A DNA stretch of 60,472 nucleotides, the filler included, from Diploschistes diacapsis (lineage: Eukaryota), in NCBI GenBank assembly GCA_023645945.1. It is 5 parts of 5 records of this genome, joined end to end, with 100 filler letters (N's around TTAATTAATTAA, not from the genome) between each part and the next. Parts side by side here need not be neighbours in the genome. Positions count along the whole stretch, not along the records: positions 48,477 to 60,472 come from JALAIB010000774.1; 4 more parts are not named here. One strand, given 5' to 3'. The notes beneath the pieces are model-generated. The model worked only from the letters and a program-made list of their open reading frames with translations, made no database searches and was not told where the DNA came from. The stretch's first letter is position 1. The number at the start of each line of letters is the position of its first letter. Of this stretch, positions 48,477 to 60,472 are shown piece by piece. The position numbers were made by a program, and so were the translations under genes.

Positions 48477-50154
48477 GGGAGGGGTGTTGGTTTGTGCGGA
48501 GGGGTAGGAAGGATGGGCGTTGGTCGATCGTCAACGACCAACGAGGGAGGCCGGAAGGCTGACCCCCTCGGACGCGCGCGCGGCGTGTGCTGTGCGATCG
48601 GTCACGTGGAGAGCACAGAGCAGCCCCCGTTGCGCGCTCCAGGCATTGCCGAGCATGGCGGACTGTGGGCCCGGCATGTGATGGACCAGCCGTAGCCGTT
48701 CTCCGGCTCAGGGCCAAAAGGGAGTAGGATATGGACGAACAGAAGAGGATCGGCGGATTGGACGAGGGGAGCGTATCTGTTCGGCGACCGAGAGGGCTTG
48801 CGTCATGCCATGCCGTCGCAGGAAGTCATGAGGCTGCTTTGGTCAGCAGAGGGAAAATCAAGATGCGGGCCTCTGTGTACGAGAACCAAGGGCCAAGATA
48901 ACGCGACAGCTTGCGTGTGAAAGCGGCGTGCGTTATAGCGTGATGGCTTTTGGATAGGGCTCAAGAACTCGGATGACGTGTGGTAAGCTGAATGGCGCTG
49001 TGTAAGGGAAAAACAAGAAGTCAAGAGAATGGGGGGGGGGGGGCGCCATCGGCGGTGACGGTGCCAAATGGAGGGTAGGTCTCAGACGCACCCAATGCCA
49101 CGTGCGAGCCGTGAATCATAAAACAGAGCAAGTTGAAGAGCATGTCATTCAAGACAGCCTCCAAGGGTTTGGCTGCGTTTCCGAGAGGATGAAGAAGGTA
49201 ACATAATTGACAGCTGTCACACCCTCCCACAGCCCTTTCCGCCTCGAGGAATTTCGTGCGACACGCCCTTCAAATAGAACATGGTAAATTCATAGTGGAA
49301 GTCACGACCAAGTATTTACATCGTATTGAAATGTGGTCGATAATCGGCTTCGTAGGTTTCTCTGGTCAAGCTTGATAGCCAGGCCGAAATGTGAAGCTGA
49401 AGCAGACCGAAAAAATATAAAGCCTTTATCACCCCTCTGATCCTATTTCCGCCCTTGGTGGTCCGTTTAACGCCTTTAGTTATGGGTATCGTGTAGCATT
49501 TCCAAAATCATTTATCCAGCCCCTCAATCCCATATCTCAGAAGCATCTTCTCCCTACGTTGCCTCTTGAAAGTCCCGGCCTTTGGCGTCGTCATGAGCGC
49601 GAATCGTGCGGCGGCCAGTGACAGTTGCAGATCCGGAATGTTGCCCGGCTTGGCTTAGTCGCGATCCTAGACGCGGGCAGCGTTGTCGGAAAGGAAAAGG
49701 ATCCACTGCGACCGCCATTTAAGAGGATGGATGTGCCCGCATTTGAGCACAATGATGCCCAACCTGACAGATCTATGCAGTAAACTCACAAAGCCGACGT
49801 ACGTTACCGAATCATAGATTGCCGTGTGGCGTGGTGGTGCGCTTGCCCTTAACTTCATACAGCACGTTGTTAAATTTTAAGCCGACATGTAGCCTCTGGC
49901 GCAAGACCAACATGCCTTGAGCGCGACAACTTCCGGGTGCAAGACCTCGGTTCTCAACCCTCGAGGTATCGCCTCCATGGTAATCTCATTACTTCTGTTG
50001 TCGAATTGTGGTTCCCCTGGAAGACGGACCTAAGCCGCTTCGAAAAGGTGGCGCAAAACCACGACTTTAGCCCGCAAGATCCTAGTAGGAGGTAGGCAAA
50101 AAAAAAATCACAAATGTCGACTATACCAAAATGACTGAATCGATTTTTCCTGAC

Positions 50155-51583
50155 TCATTGATGAGCACCGGAGTAGAGGAGGGTCTGGTCCCCAACATAA
50201 TGTGGGGATGGTTCATGTTCCTCTGACACTTTCGCTAAGTGGCCTGGATCGGGGTACCATCCCCCTCCAAACTCCATGGACTTTGGCGACTGCAATGGCA
50301 TCGAGTGTTGCCAGGGCAATGGCATTGCTTGTGGTGCCATTGTTAGGACTGGGCCCGTTCCAGCTAGGGTAGTGCCAGGACCTTCGGACACTGACGCTAT
50401 CGAGGAGCTGCCACTGCGCCTGAGAGATGGTGGAAGCATGTCCATGGTGTTACGTCTAGCCTCTGGATGATAGAAATGACCAAAGCCCTCTTGTGGATGA
50501 GGCACATCATCCAAATGACCGTACGAAATCGACCGAGCTGGTTGCCAGCCGCTCTCAGTCTTTGGAATTTCGTATGCTGGATACGTTGGCTCGTGATGCA
50601 ACTGATGATTCGAGGGCACGGGCATCGCAGAGGGGTAAGACGGATAGGAAGGCGTGAGGGGCGTATCCGGCTTCATCCAGAAGTCATTTGTATGCTCATC
50701 GGAGGGGACGACAGGGCTCCCATAGTATTGAGCATCCCAATGATTCCGATGTGCCTGGTCGGGAAATTCAAAGCGAGTTGTAAAGGGCGCTGGAGGGAGA
50801 ATCAGTCCTTATCCGTGGGCACCAACGGATCGATGTCGACTTACCTGCACTACCCGGTGGAGACATGGCGACACCGGCTGAAGTCATGATGGCTCCCGAG
50901 AATGGATGCCCACCAACAGGCACAATAGGAAAGTGATTGAAATTCTCTATCTGATCCGCCGACGTTCCCACGGTGAGACCGGGAGAGGATGAGGAAGAGG
51001 CCGAGTTGCTGCCCGTCTTGAGTTCGACCTTGGACCCAGCTCTCGCTCGCAGTTCTTGCGTGGGCTGCTGATCAACAGGGTAGAAATTGCACTCCTTTTT
51101 CAGACGAATGCAATTCGAGCACCTGTTCTGTGGATCATCTGCCGCCGACAAGCATCGTATCTTCCGTCTTCTGCAGTGAACTTTGATGGATATGGTCAGC
51201 TCATCGTTCCAAGCGCGCGCGGACCCACCAGGCAGGGCGGTAGATACTCATGGACACTTACCGCATGCGACTGAAGTTCGATGATACCCAAGCTTATTTC
51301 TCCTTTTATCTGCCAACGACAGAGCAACGTCCGTCTGGGTTGAGGGACCTCGAACGTTTGGGCTCGACGCTGAGCGCTTGAGGGTGGATCCTGATGCTGT
51401 TTTCGAGGGTCGCCGCCTGCGCGCTGGGTTGGACGACGACACCGAAGGCATAGGCATATCCTGTGAAAGCGAATGGGAAGCACCTGCCTCACGAGGAAGA
51501 TCCACCAAAGATGAACCCGAAGCTATGGCAGTGGGAGATTGAATAAGCAACTGAGAGGCCATGTCGATTTTTTTTGCTGCCAT
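50155..51583 (-). CDS. Zn(II)2Cys6 fungal transcription factor, at least 3 exons
   Basis: DKRRNKLGYHRTSVAC|VHCRRRKIRCLSAADDPQNRCSNCIRLKKECNFYPV. Introns 51261-51181 and 50844-50790 keep the frame to the stop at 50155. The start codon is uncertain. Confidence 0.9.
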
Positions 51584-52235
51584 AAGGTTGGATTGGAGAG
51601 AAGGTTCCTTTGGCCGGATACTGTTGGAACCGGGTATTCTATCTCGGTCCGTACCTATGCACAGCCATGCAAGGAGATATCAATAGCGACTTGTGCTTTC
51701 ACCGAGCAGAGAAAGACTTAACAGCCAGCCAACGCTCTTGTTTCCGGCCAGCAGTGGAAGAGGAAAGGCCTTTCGCGAAAGATGGTACAAGGTTGGTGGG
51801 CGCAGATCCTTTAGCCACGTGGGGAGCCCGAGCCAATTTGACAAGAGACGGGTTGATGTTGCAGTCCACGAAGATCCAGGCACTCAAGTTATTGGCCTGC
51901 TGGCACTAGGAATAGCCTGGACTGTTGCTGCTGCTGCTGCTACTACTAAACAACAAAGGTTCGAATGTGATGGTAGCGGGGTTGGCAGCTATCGCTTGAG
52001 GCGACTGTCGGAGGAGAAAACCCCGGATACGATGCAGTAGGGAGTTACCACTGAATGTACGATGAACGCTGATTTGCACGCAAAGAAAACATAATCAGCA
52101 CAGAGGTATTTTCAAAGGCCCCTTAACAATGACAACACTTTGCAGGTAATAATGCAGGGCACAACAAAGCAAGATGAGAGACACTTATCCCGGAAGATAA
52201 ATGGGCGAGAGCTACTAGTACTTGACAGCGTGAAA

Positions 52236-53902
52236 ATAATAATAATAATAATAATATAATAATAATATAAATTGGGATTAGAAGGGGAGGCTACTGTATT
52301 TTGTGAAAACAAGGGTGGTAGTAGTAGGTGTTTTTTGGTTGAACTAAGAGGGAAGGTATCAGCGAGCAACACGCGTAACCAGATAACTGGGATCAGCAAG
52401 ACAAACGTGCTGTGGACTTGTTTGGTTCGTTTTATACGTACAGAGTAGCTGACTCTGTTCATCGGGTCTTCTTTGAGTTGCATTGGTGGGTCGGGGTATC
52501 CCATCGAAGACTCGTGGCAAGCGTGGTGGTAGCGGACAGTTGGTAAGTAGGGTAAAATACTTAGTTTGGGACCAACCACGCGCTCATTCTCGGATAGCTT
52601 AAGACAGTACCGTTCGAAGGCAGAATACCTCACGATATGGACTACAATGTATATATAGCAGTAGTAATTGCTAATCGAAGGATGGGCAGCCCTGCAAAGT
52701 TCAGGACATGACCTAAGCCATTTTTATGTCTCCTTGGGCTGTTGTGTACACAACGCTTGGTGACCATAGTCAGCCATCTGATACCGATGCCGATGCCGAT
52801 GCCGATACCGATATTGAAATGGGGTGGACCGGGTTCGGATCATGAGACTTTCCCGCAATAATAGATGGTGGAAAATTTTGTTATCCGGTTTCTTAGAATA
52901 ACCATGCGACATGTTGTTTTTGTTGGACCAACACGTCTGCACATGGGAAAGAAACGAAAGCCAGAAGTCAAGTCGATGATTACATTAGGTGGTCGAGTAT
53001 AGCTGTCTTATCATGATTTCCTCGATTCGACCAAACGTGTCGCTACGTCGTAAATTAATGTGTAGTGGTCAGTGGTCTGAGAGCAGAGCTGCAATAGGCA
53101 GGGATAGCTCGGATTTGTAAAATTTTTCTTTACAATACGGGTCTTTACTTGCTGTAGACTAGCTCATTCAAGTGCCCCGCCATAAAAGCTTCTAACCTGT
53201 TGGAGCTTTAGTTGCTCAGCCGAGAGCACGACGCTAGATTGTGCTCATTCCCCCGAGCCCACTGTTGCGGGTCCACTCTCACTCTCGCTGCTGTTTAACC
53301 AACCACCATCCTATCTGCACGCCCTCTATGTACAAATAGGCAGGTAGGGCTGCATCTGCTGGGATCCCTAGTTGTAGCTGGGGAAGGATATCACTACTAC
53401 GCTGTGTTGAAGTCGCCATCTTTTTTGACCCCCATTCTCGAGCGACGCTCCAATCATCATCCATGTCTGGCAGACTATCGCGCCTTATGTTGTCTCTGCA
53501 ATCTTCGCATTGTAGCTGATAACTCGAAACCTTGCAAGGTCTCCCTTTGTCGACAAGGATTGGCAAGTATTTGCAAGAAGTCGCTGCAGCCTGCCATTAG
53601 TGGCTAGTACTTTGTACAGCTAAAATATTAGACTGGTGATCCCCAAGTTCGACGCTGCATCGCTACGTAGCCTTTGCTAGATTTGCAAACAGTGAAGCAC
53701 ACCAAAGGTACTTCATAATTTCCATGCAAGCCTCTGATTCGTGCCGTTTCCAAAAAGAGCAACAAGTGGCAGACGCGCCTCTCCTAAATGCAGCGTAGTG
53801 AGCTCGATAGACACTTTTTGGTAATGCAGGGATTAGTATTTTAGCTCTGCAGAAAGGATTAAAATCTCGTGAGAAGCCATGAGCCATGAGCCATGAGCCA
53901 TG
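52236..53902. repeat. Scattered simple repeats: (AAT)n at about 52236-52268, (CCGATR)5 at about 52784-52813, (AGCCATG)4 at 53875-53902
   Basis: Read directly from the sequence. Confidence 0.8.
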
Positions 53903-56900
53903 AAGGAGGCACATGGGTAGATAGTGGAAAGCAATACTAAACCTGAAACTTGGGTGCTTAGTCGATAAGGGGAAAGGAGTCGAGGCATTCACTCCTAGCG
54001 TACAAAATCCTTCCTTGTTATTAGAGAAGGGGATGGTTGAGTCACAAACTGGATCCTAAAGGTCTGGAGCCAAGTTTGGGGTCAAGCGATGATGCGCATA
54101 ACATGCCACTTACGACAGCGGCTTCAGTTATGTACTGAATTTTAATATTTTGTATCTCTGGGTAGTAATAACTTGAAAGTCGGATCTCATGTCTCATAGC
54201 AGCAGGGCTGTAGCCTCGAGGATAGCCGACGCTTCAAGACCACAATACTACGGAGGAATGCATAGAGCTCGCTTACGCAATATCCGAGTTATCATTTGCA
54301 TCTGCTACCAAAGAAAAAATAATGTATTTCAATACCGTAATAGCTGACCGCTCAGCTCCAACTTTTCCACTTAGCCATCCAACTGTTAGTCAGTCCGCCC
54401 TTTTGCTGATAAATTCTAATCTTCTCTGCTGTTGGCTTTATTTTATATTGAAAAGCTGATAAGTGGAGCTCCTCCACTGATACCTACTAACAATTCATCT
54501 TCGGTGGATGTATCTGGCACATGTGCTGCCTGCTCCTGGATGTTCTCCAAACCTTTCAAAGTAACGTTTTACTCGCAGTACTGCAGTGCCTATGAAGCAT
54601 TGAACTATTTATGACTCGAGAGGCAAAGCACCACGACAAGGTCTATTTTCCATTCGGGGCAGATGCAAGAGCGTTGATCTACTCGATGCAACTACATGTA
54701 AGATCCTCTCTGTTGTGGTGGAGTGCATATTTTGGATCTGATGGTTTCTCATCGGCACCGCAAATAAATAGAGTTTCGGGGAAACCCCGTGATCATTCAG
54801 GCTTTTAGTATGAATCTGTAGTCATGAGGCTCCGTCGTGTGAGCTTAATCGTTCCTCATTAAGTGTAATCGCCGGCCTGCCTGTTTAAGGTCTTTCTCCA
54901 AAATTACTGGCAAACTGGCACTTGAGGATGATCCATATCCCGTGATTATTAGCCGCTCGGATGTTCATTCGGCGCTGCCCGTAGAAAAGATTTATCGCAC
55001 TTCTCTGCAAAATTCAGCAGAGTGGTTTTTTTTAAATTGAAACCATATTGGCCTTGTGCACATGGCTCTCCCGCAGCTACCATGCGCAAAGGAAAGTAAA
55101 AGTGGGTAGAACAGGGTATAATATGAATATGAGGAACTTTATTGATTGGGAAGCTGGCCGCGTATGATAAGCAGAAAACAGTGACCTTCGTTCGGTTGAC
55201 CCAATCACACGGTGATTGCAAACGAAAGGATCTCAAACTTATCTGTACACTATTTTCTTGGTCTTCCAATCCTTTACTCCTTCGCTCGCCTGAATTTTGC
55301 CCTCGCACATTGGCGTCAATTTCCGCTATTTATCAACCAAACTTTGCGATTAAAAGGCATCAGAGTTGCCAGCTTGAAGGCCTACTCGCGTCGAATAGCT
55401 ACTGCAACCCGCAGATCATAATTAAATCTAGAGTACAACGGATTCCTGAAGCACCCTGCGTGCACCGGGACATATATAACTATTTATTGTGGTTTGACCT
55501 CGAGCCTTCAGGAGGCGTCCCTAATTCTTGCGACTAAGCCGCAAGCAGGAATTCCGCGCGACGTTTGTAGTTTACCGAAAAATAGTCATCAAGAGATAGC
55601 CAAGTGGATTTTTATTATAATGAATAATGGATAATGAATCATAATTAATAATTAATAATTATACATGTACTTCATGCATTTACTCGGTTGTGCAGTATCG
55701 TGCTACAAGCCTGTAACCTTCTCTCTCCCTTCTGACTTTTGACCATTTTCCCCCAGGAAATCCCCACGCGCGCCAGTGAGCTTCAACAATCGGTGCGATT
55801 GATCGGCATAGAGCATTCTTCTTACCCTCAACAAAAAAAGCTGCTCCACTGCTGGCCGTCCTTGGACCTCGGGCTGGTCTTGCCCACACCACCAGCATAT
55901 GGAACCTTTGGTCATCATCTCCATTGAGAACTGAGACTGGCATTTGCGCACTACGTCAAAATGCGTAATGCCGGCAGTATTGCATATTCGGATAAACCTC
56001 ATCACTCATCAGCCAGAGCGAAGTTCAGAGCTTTCGGATGTCCGAACAAAGCCTTTTTTGCTGCAACCGATTATAGGGGAGACATCGAAAGTAAGCGAAT
56101 ACCCACTCTCGCACTGAGTACTCCACACTCTATGACCTAGATCATTGCAAAAGGTTCTTATCTTGATCAAGTAATTGCCTTGCTAACCATCGCGAATTGC
56201 TTGAGCTACTTACGCAGCCATGTTGGCTTGAGGATTTTGGCTTAGAGGTGTAAGCAGGATGATTTGGGACGTCTGAACGAATCCCACCCTAATTTCCTTT
56301 TCGGACACACAGTGCGGAATCGTCACAAGAGCACACAGAAGAACGTTGGAGCGGATGAAGATGCGTCCAGTACCTGAAGTCCCTTCTAAGATCGCACGGC
56401 ATGCGGTACCGGCTGATGAAGTCGGCCACTCGCTATGTCGAAAAGTTCCAAATTGTGTACGGGATAGAGTCCGTTGTACAGACTGAGCAAAGGCTGTCGC
56501 CTACTTCACCTCAGATTGGCTTGTTTTGGATCTTCTGACAACGCAGGTCCAAGTTATTATGGGTGTCGCAGCTACTCGAACCTTGCGTTATTAACGATGC
56601 GTTTACGAGGGCGACGTGCATATATTGGTCTCGGCAGGCCCACAACGTATGTCGGATGTTCACTGAGTCGACAAGCAAGTTTCGCTGCCCACTCCTCTGT
56701 TCTTCTAGCGCAACATTTTCTCTCTGATGCAGCGCATAGCATTGGACTTTGGCTTTGTGAGCCGATGAGAGTGCGTTTTAGCCACAACCAGGAGCAGCTT
56801 GACTGCAACACTAAAGCCGAATCTAGTGCTTGTGCAGGATAGGTGCATCAGCTTTGGCGCAAGCGATGAGCGTTCCTCCTCAAGCGCATGGCTTACGATG

Positions 56901-59900
56901 TCAATTCCAAACAACGAGGATCAAGTACGTGTGCTATGCCTACGAGAATGTGCGTTGTCATGTCCTCTCACTTCTGTCTCCGAGACTACATGAGATTCTG
57001 GCTATGCTGCTACACATGCATATCGCAGCCGTCCATGGAAATAACCTCTACTACTATCACCGGTGTAAGTTCTCCATGTGAAGACTATTTGTATAAGACA
57101 TGCCAGAATTTTCGAACAAACGTTCTTGTTCCGGATACGCGAGTACCGCTACGCAGATGAGGACACGCCTGGACTAAGTATGAAGGTCAAGCATCCACAT
57201 GTCCTAGTTCATTCCCATATTGGTATACATTACTGAACCTGCTTGGGATGTCAACTAAGACTCTACTCCAACACTTATTTCTTCGCTCTCGATTCACGGA
57301 ATCAGGCAACCACTGGCATTTCCCGCCACCCCGCGCCCACCCTCTTATGCCCGCGGACCGCTGTGCTGCTCTCATCAATTTCCCTCGCCCAGTACGTGTT
57401 CCTTACCTCTCGAGTCTTCCTCCCTGCGCTCCAGTTTGTATCCCGCACATTCTGGTGGCAATCTTCTTGATTGTGATATTCTCTTCCTACGCCCGTCGCT
57501 CTGTTTCCATCTCTTTTCCGGCACCCTTCCTCGTTGCTGTTCCCCTCGCTCTCGCTCTCGCTCTCACTCTCACTCTCCCTATCCCATCATGGTCTCCATC
57601 GTCTCCATCGTCGTCCGTTCCCAACATCCTTCCCTCCCACAATTCCAGGCTTCATATCCCGCCCCCACTGCGCCAAAACCAACAAGCCCAAGCCAATTTT
57701 CTCTCTTACTCCCAGGGACTTTTGCAAGTACCTTCTTTCGGAGGTGCTTAGGAATACAAGGCCTCGTAGCGTTGATGAGAGGATATTTCAGGCCTGCGAA
57801 GAAGACGGAGGTAAGTAATGGGTAAAGGGAAACGGGAAAGAGGGTAAGATGTAGAGGAGAGAAGCTGCTCTACACCAGGGGAAATTGGATAAGTGGGACT
57901 GGGCAGGGAAGCCGGTCGAGCGAACAAAGGCAGGGGGCAGGGACGGACGGGGTGGGACGTGCGGTATCCACCACGGGTGGGTGGGTTCATGTATATACGA
58001 ACAGACATGATATAGATGAGCATACAACATCCCTAACAACTGAAGTTCATCCAGGTACATCTCGTGCACGCTACTTTCCCTAATGCGCTTCCTGTCCAAA
58101 TCCAAACTTGCCCCTTGATCGCGATATCTCCTGTTCTCTTCTAACCGAGGACGACGTAATTAGGGCCGGAGAGTTTTGTCGATTTAGCTTTCCTGCTTCT
58201 CGACTTGGACCTCCGCCTCCCAGTCTCTTGGTCCAAATCTCCCTTCCCTCGCAGTGATCGGAGCATACGCCGACGTCGAGACTCCTTTGCCCTCTCCGTG
58301 AGGACGTAGCGAGCGAGTAACAGTGCACAAGCAGTCGCAGTTCGGAGCATTTGCTGTAGATAGTAAGATCATACGAGAGGAGAGGAAGCAGGAGTCAAGT
58401 AAACGAAGGCGGTAGAAGAACGTCATTTGATCCTGTGCATGACAATACCTTTGCGAGAGTCATCCAAGGGGGGAAGCCTCGTTCTGTCGCAAAGGTTAAG
58501 ATAGCTGCGGGTCATCCACCCATCATGTCCTTCTTGGGCTAGCGATAGTCTACAGTGGCTCACCTAGCCTACGACCGTTTCGTGCAGGCCTTCGCGGAGC
58601 ACGAGTCGCTGCTCAGCAGAATCGGCAATTCCCCCTGCCACTGTTGTTTCGGAGTGAGTCTCCCCCGTAGATTCGGCTTAATGAGGCGCTCCTCAACACC
58701 ATGTTTCTGCGCTGACGGTTATCACGCGCGTGTATTTGGAAGATATCTGACTTCCTGCAGAGTCTCTTCGATTCCACCAAGTTTGGTGCGTTTTTTTTTT
58801 CCGACGCTCTGATGTGGGAAGTGAGAAAAGGAGAGTGTCGTCCCGTAAGTATCATTACGTTATTAACCCTTCAAGTAACCCAAGGGAAGTCATCGAAGCC
58901 GGAACATAGCAAGCATCTCTATTAGTTGCTCACTGGGGTGCTGGTAGTGGCAGAGTGCACCAGTGCTCATAAATGGTACGTTGCTAGCAATTCTGTGTCG
59001 CCACAATGCGCCACCACAGACGCTGCAGGAAGTTGTACGCAAAGTTCCGCACTCGGTGTCGGCCTCCTATCTAGCATAGTTAAGGGAAGTCCTCGCTCAG
59101 GCTTCGGTTTGGAATGGGTAGTGAAATTTAGCATGATACTTTCACCCGGCCACTCGGATCATATACCAGGAGATTCCTTTCGATCAGGGTTTTGGCTTCT
59201 TCGGACTCTTGTTGTGTGTAGTCGTGGACAAATGGTGGGCCACGATATGCTATGCGGTGGGGCACGGGCTCTGTGCAGTCAGAAAGATATGAGGAAAGTC
59301 TTCACAACGGAGTCCACCATCATGGTATCAAGACTCGTGCACGATAGCTAATCGATGAAAAGGTGAAAAGTACAGATCATTGATAGGATGAGAAGACATA
59401 TCTCCAAAAGCATAAAGGAAGTAAAACAAACGAAGATACCTGCCTGAGTCTTGTGCGAAATTAATTCTAGATTGGATGACAGTTCCCGTGTGGAGCTGCA
59501 GGAGTACGCCATTGTTCTTCGTCGCACGTGATTTAGCGGGAGTATAAACCCCCCCTCGAATCCACAGAGTCTTTTCAAATGAAAGAAAATTGGGGAAGTT
59601 GTAGTAGTGATCCGCGCAGCCCTTCCAGATAATAAAGCACTGACATTTACGCGTGGCTCGAGATATCCTTGAGAGGGCCACGTGGAAAGATGGCTTGGAT
59701 CTGTGCTACAAAACCTACAACCCACATGCATGCCAGGAACTTCCGCGAATGAGACATGGGTGTAAGACCCCGAATATGTCCTTTGCCCTTGGTATACTCA
59801 CGCGAAATGGAAGGCTGGACAACTCGATAACTGTCGCTCCTTTGACTGGCTGTTTTGGTGCAAGGCAACATGGCTCCGATGGCATCATCCTGATAGCTAC

Positions 59901-60319
59901 AGGTATCTTATCTCTGCCAGCTTATAAGAAGACTTCAATGCCCCTTGTGTAAAATGATCTGGGGCCTCAACGCTTTTCTGCAAAGCATTTTGTGACTGTG
60001 CTACAGAGGGGTCGTGATGAATGAATGAATTGGAGAATTGCTGAGCCTTCAGCATAGCCCGTTACACACTAAGCTCTCAGAGTTACGTCAACCAAGGCAC
60101 ACAAATCCCCAAGTCCAATGCCATCTTTCCAATTATGATTTGAATGTCACAAATACTTGTTGTGTGGGATCGAGGTTGAATCGCATTCTTTGGCAGCTGG
60201 TCTTGAGTGAAGCTGTTGAATCGAGCACGATGCTGGGGATCGACACACAAATAAATGGCGGAGCCTATGCATAGGCTCCGGGGCTTTTCTGAGTGGGCCG
60301 CATATGCCTGTGAAGAGTG

Positions 60320-60354
60320 CAAACGACAAACTACAAACTACAAACTACAAAGTA
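60320..60354. repeat. Imperfect (CAAACTA)n heptamer repeat
   Basis: CAAACGA CAAACTA CAAACTA CAAACTA CAAAGTA. Confidence 0.8.
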
Positions 60355-60472
60355 CGCTGGTGCCAAACTTCGAGTGTCTCTGTCGGGAGTCCTTTGGTTC
60401 TTCCCCGGTCTCGCCTGATTGATGCTCGGTGGTGACTTTGAATCCAATAGGGGGGAGCCATGGGGGGGGAGC

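Noticed and set aside
57248..57825. ORFs with LALALALTLTL/SLSLSL runs as membrane proteins
   Set aside because: They derive from a CTCGCT/CTCACT simple repeat in pyrimidine-rich non-coding DNA.
1..60472. tRNA, rRNA, snRNA or telomeric arrays
   Set aside because: GTTCGA-type hits lacked cloverleaf context, and no U-snRNA, 5S or TTAGGG-array signature was seen by eye. A covariance-model scan would be needed to exclude them formally.

Overview
Eukaryotic DNA from a filamentous ascomycete (Pezizomycotina), judged from short GT-AG introns with CTRAY branch sites and fungal gene families. The window is not one locus. It consists of five contigs (12042, 12017, 12009, 12008 and 11996 bp, in strictly decreasing length) joined by identical artificial 100-bp spacers (N44-TTAATTAATTAA-N44), so neighbourhood arguments hold only within a contig. 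Contig 1: RIP-eroded DNA-transposon debris, a GT15 mannosyltransferase, the Bck1-type MAPKKK, a THUMP/Tan1 gene and a Fot1/pogo end. Contig 2: PNKP, galactonate dehydratase, Atg17 and SconB/Met30. Contig 3: two tandem, highly divergent intronless kinases, a possible decayed orphan gene and a cis-aconitate decarboxylase (CadA)-like gene. Contig 4: a decayed DUF3505-regulator/oxidoreductase pair, an EF-hand alternative NADH dehydrogenase, a disrupted HeLo-like/ankyrin gene and an unusually divergent, N-terminally extended Dim1. Contig 5: a Zn2Cys6 transcription factor with about 9 kb of gene-free upstream DNA. I could not demonstrate a new multi-gene system. The best leads are the aberrant Dim1, the atypical kinase pair and the stand-alone CadA-like gene. 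Family assignments come from motif recognition and recalled family sequences, not from database searches.
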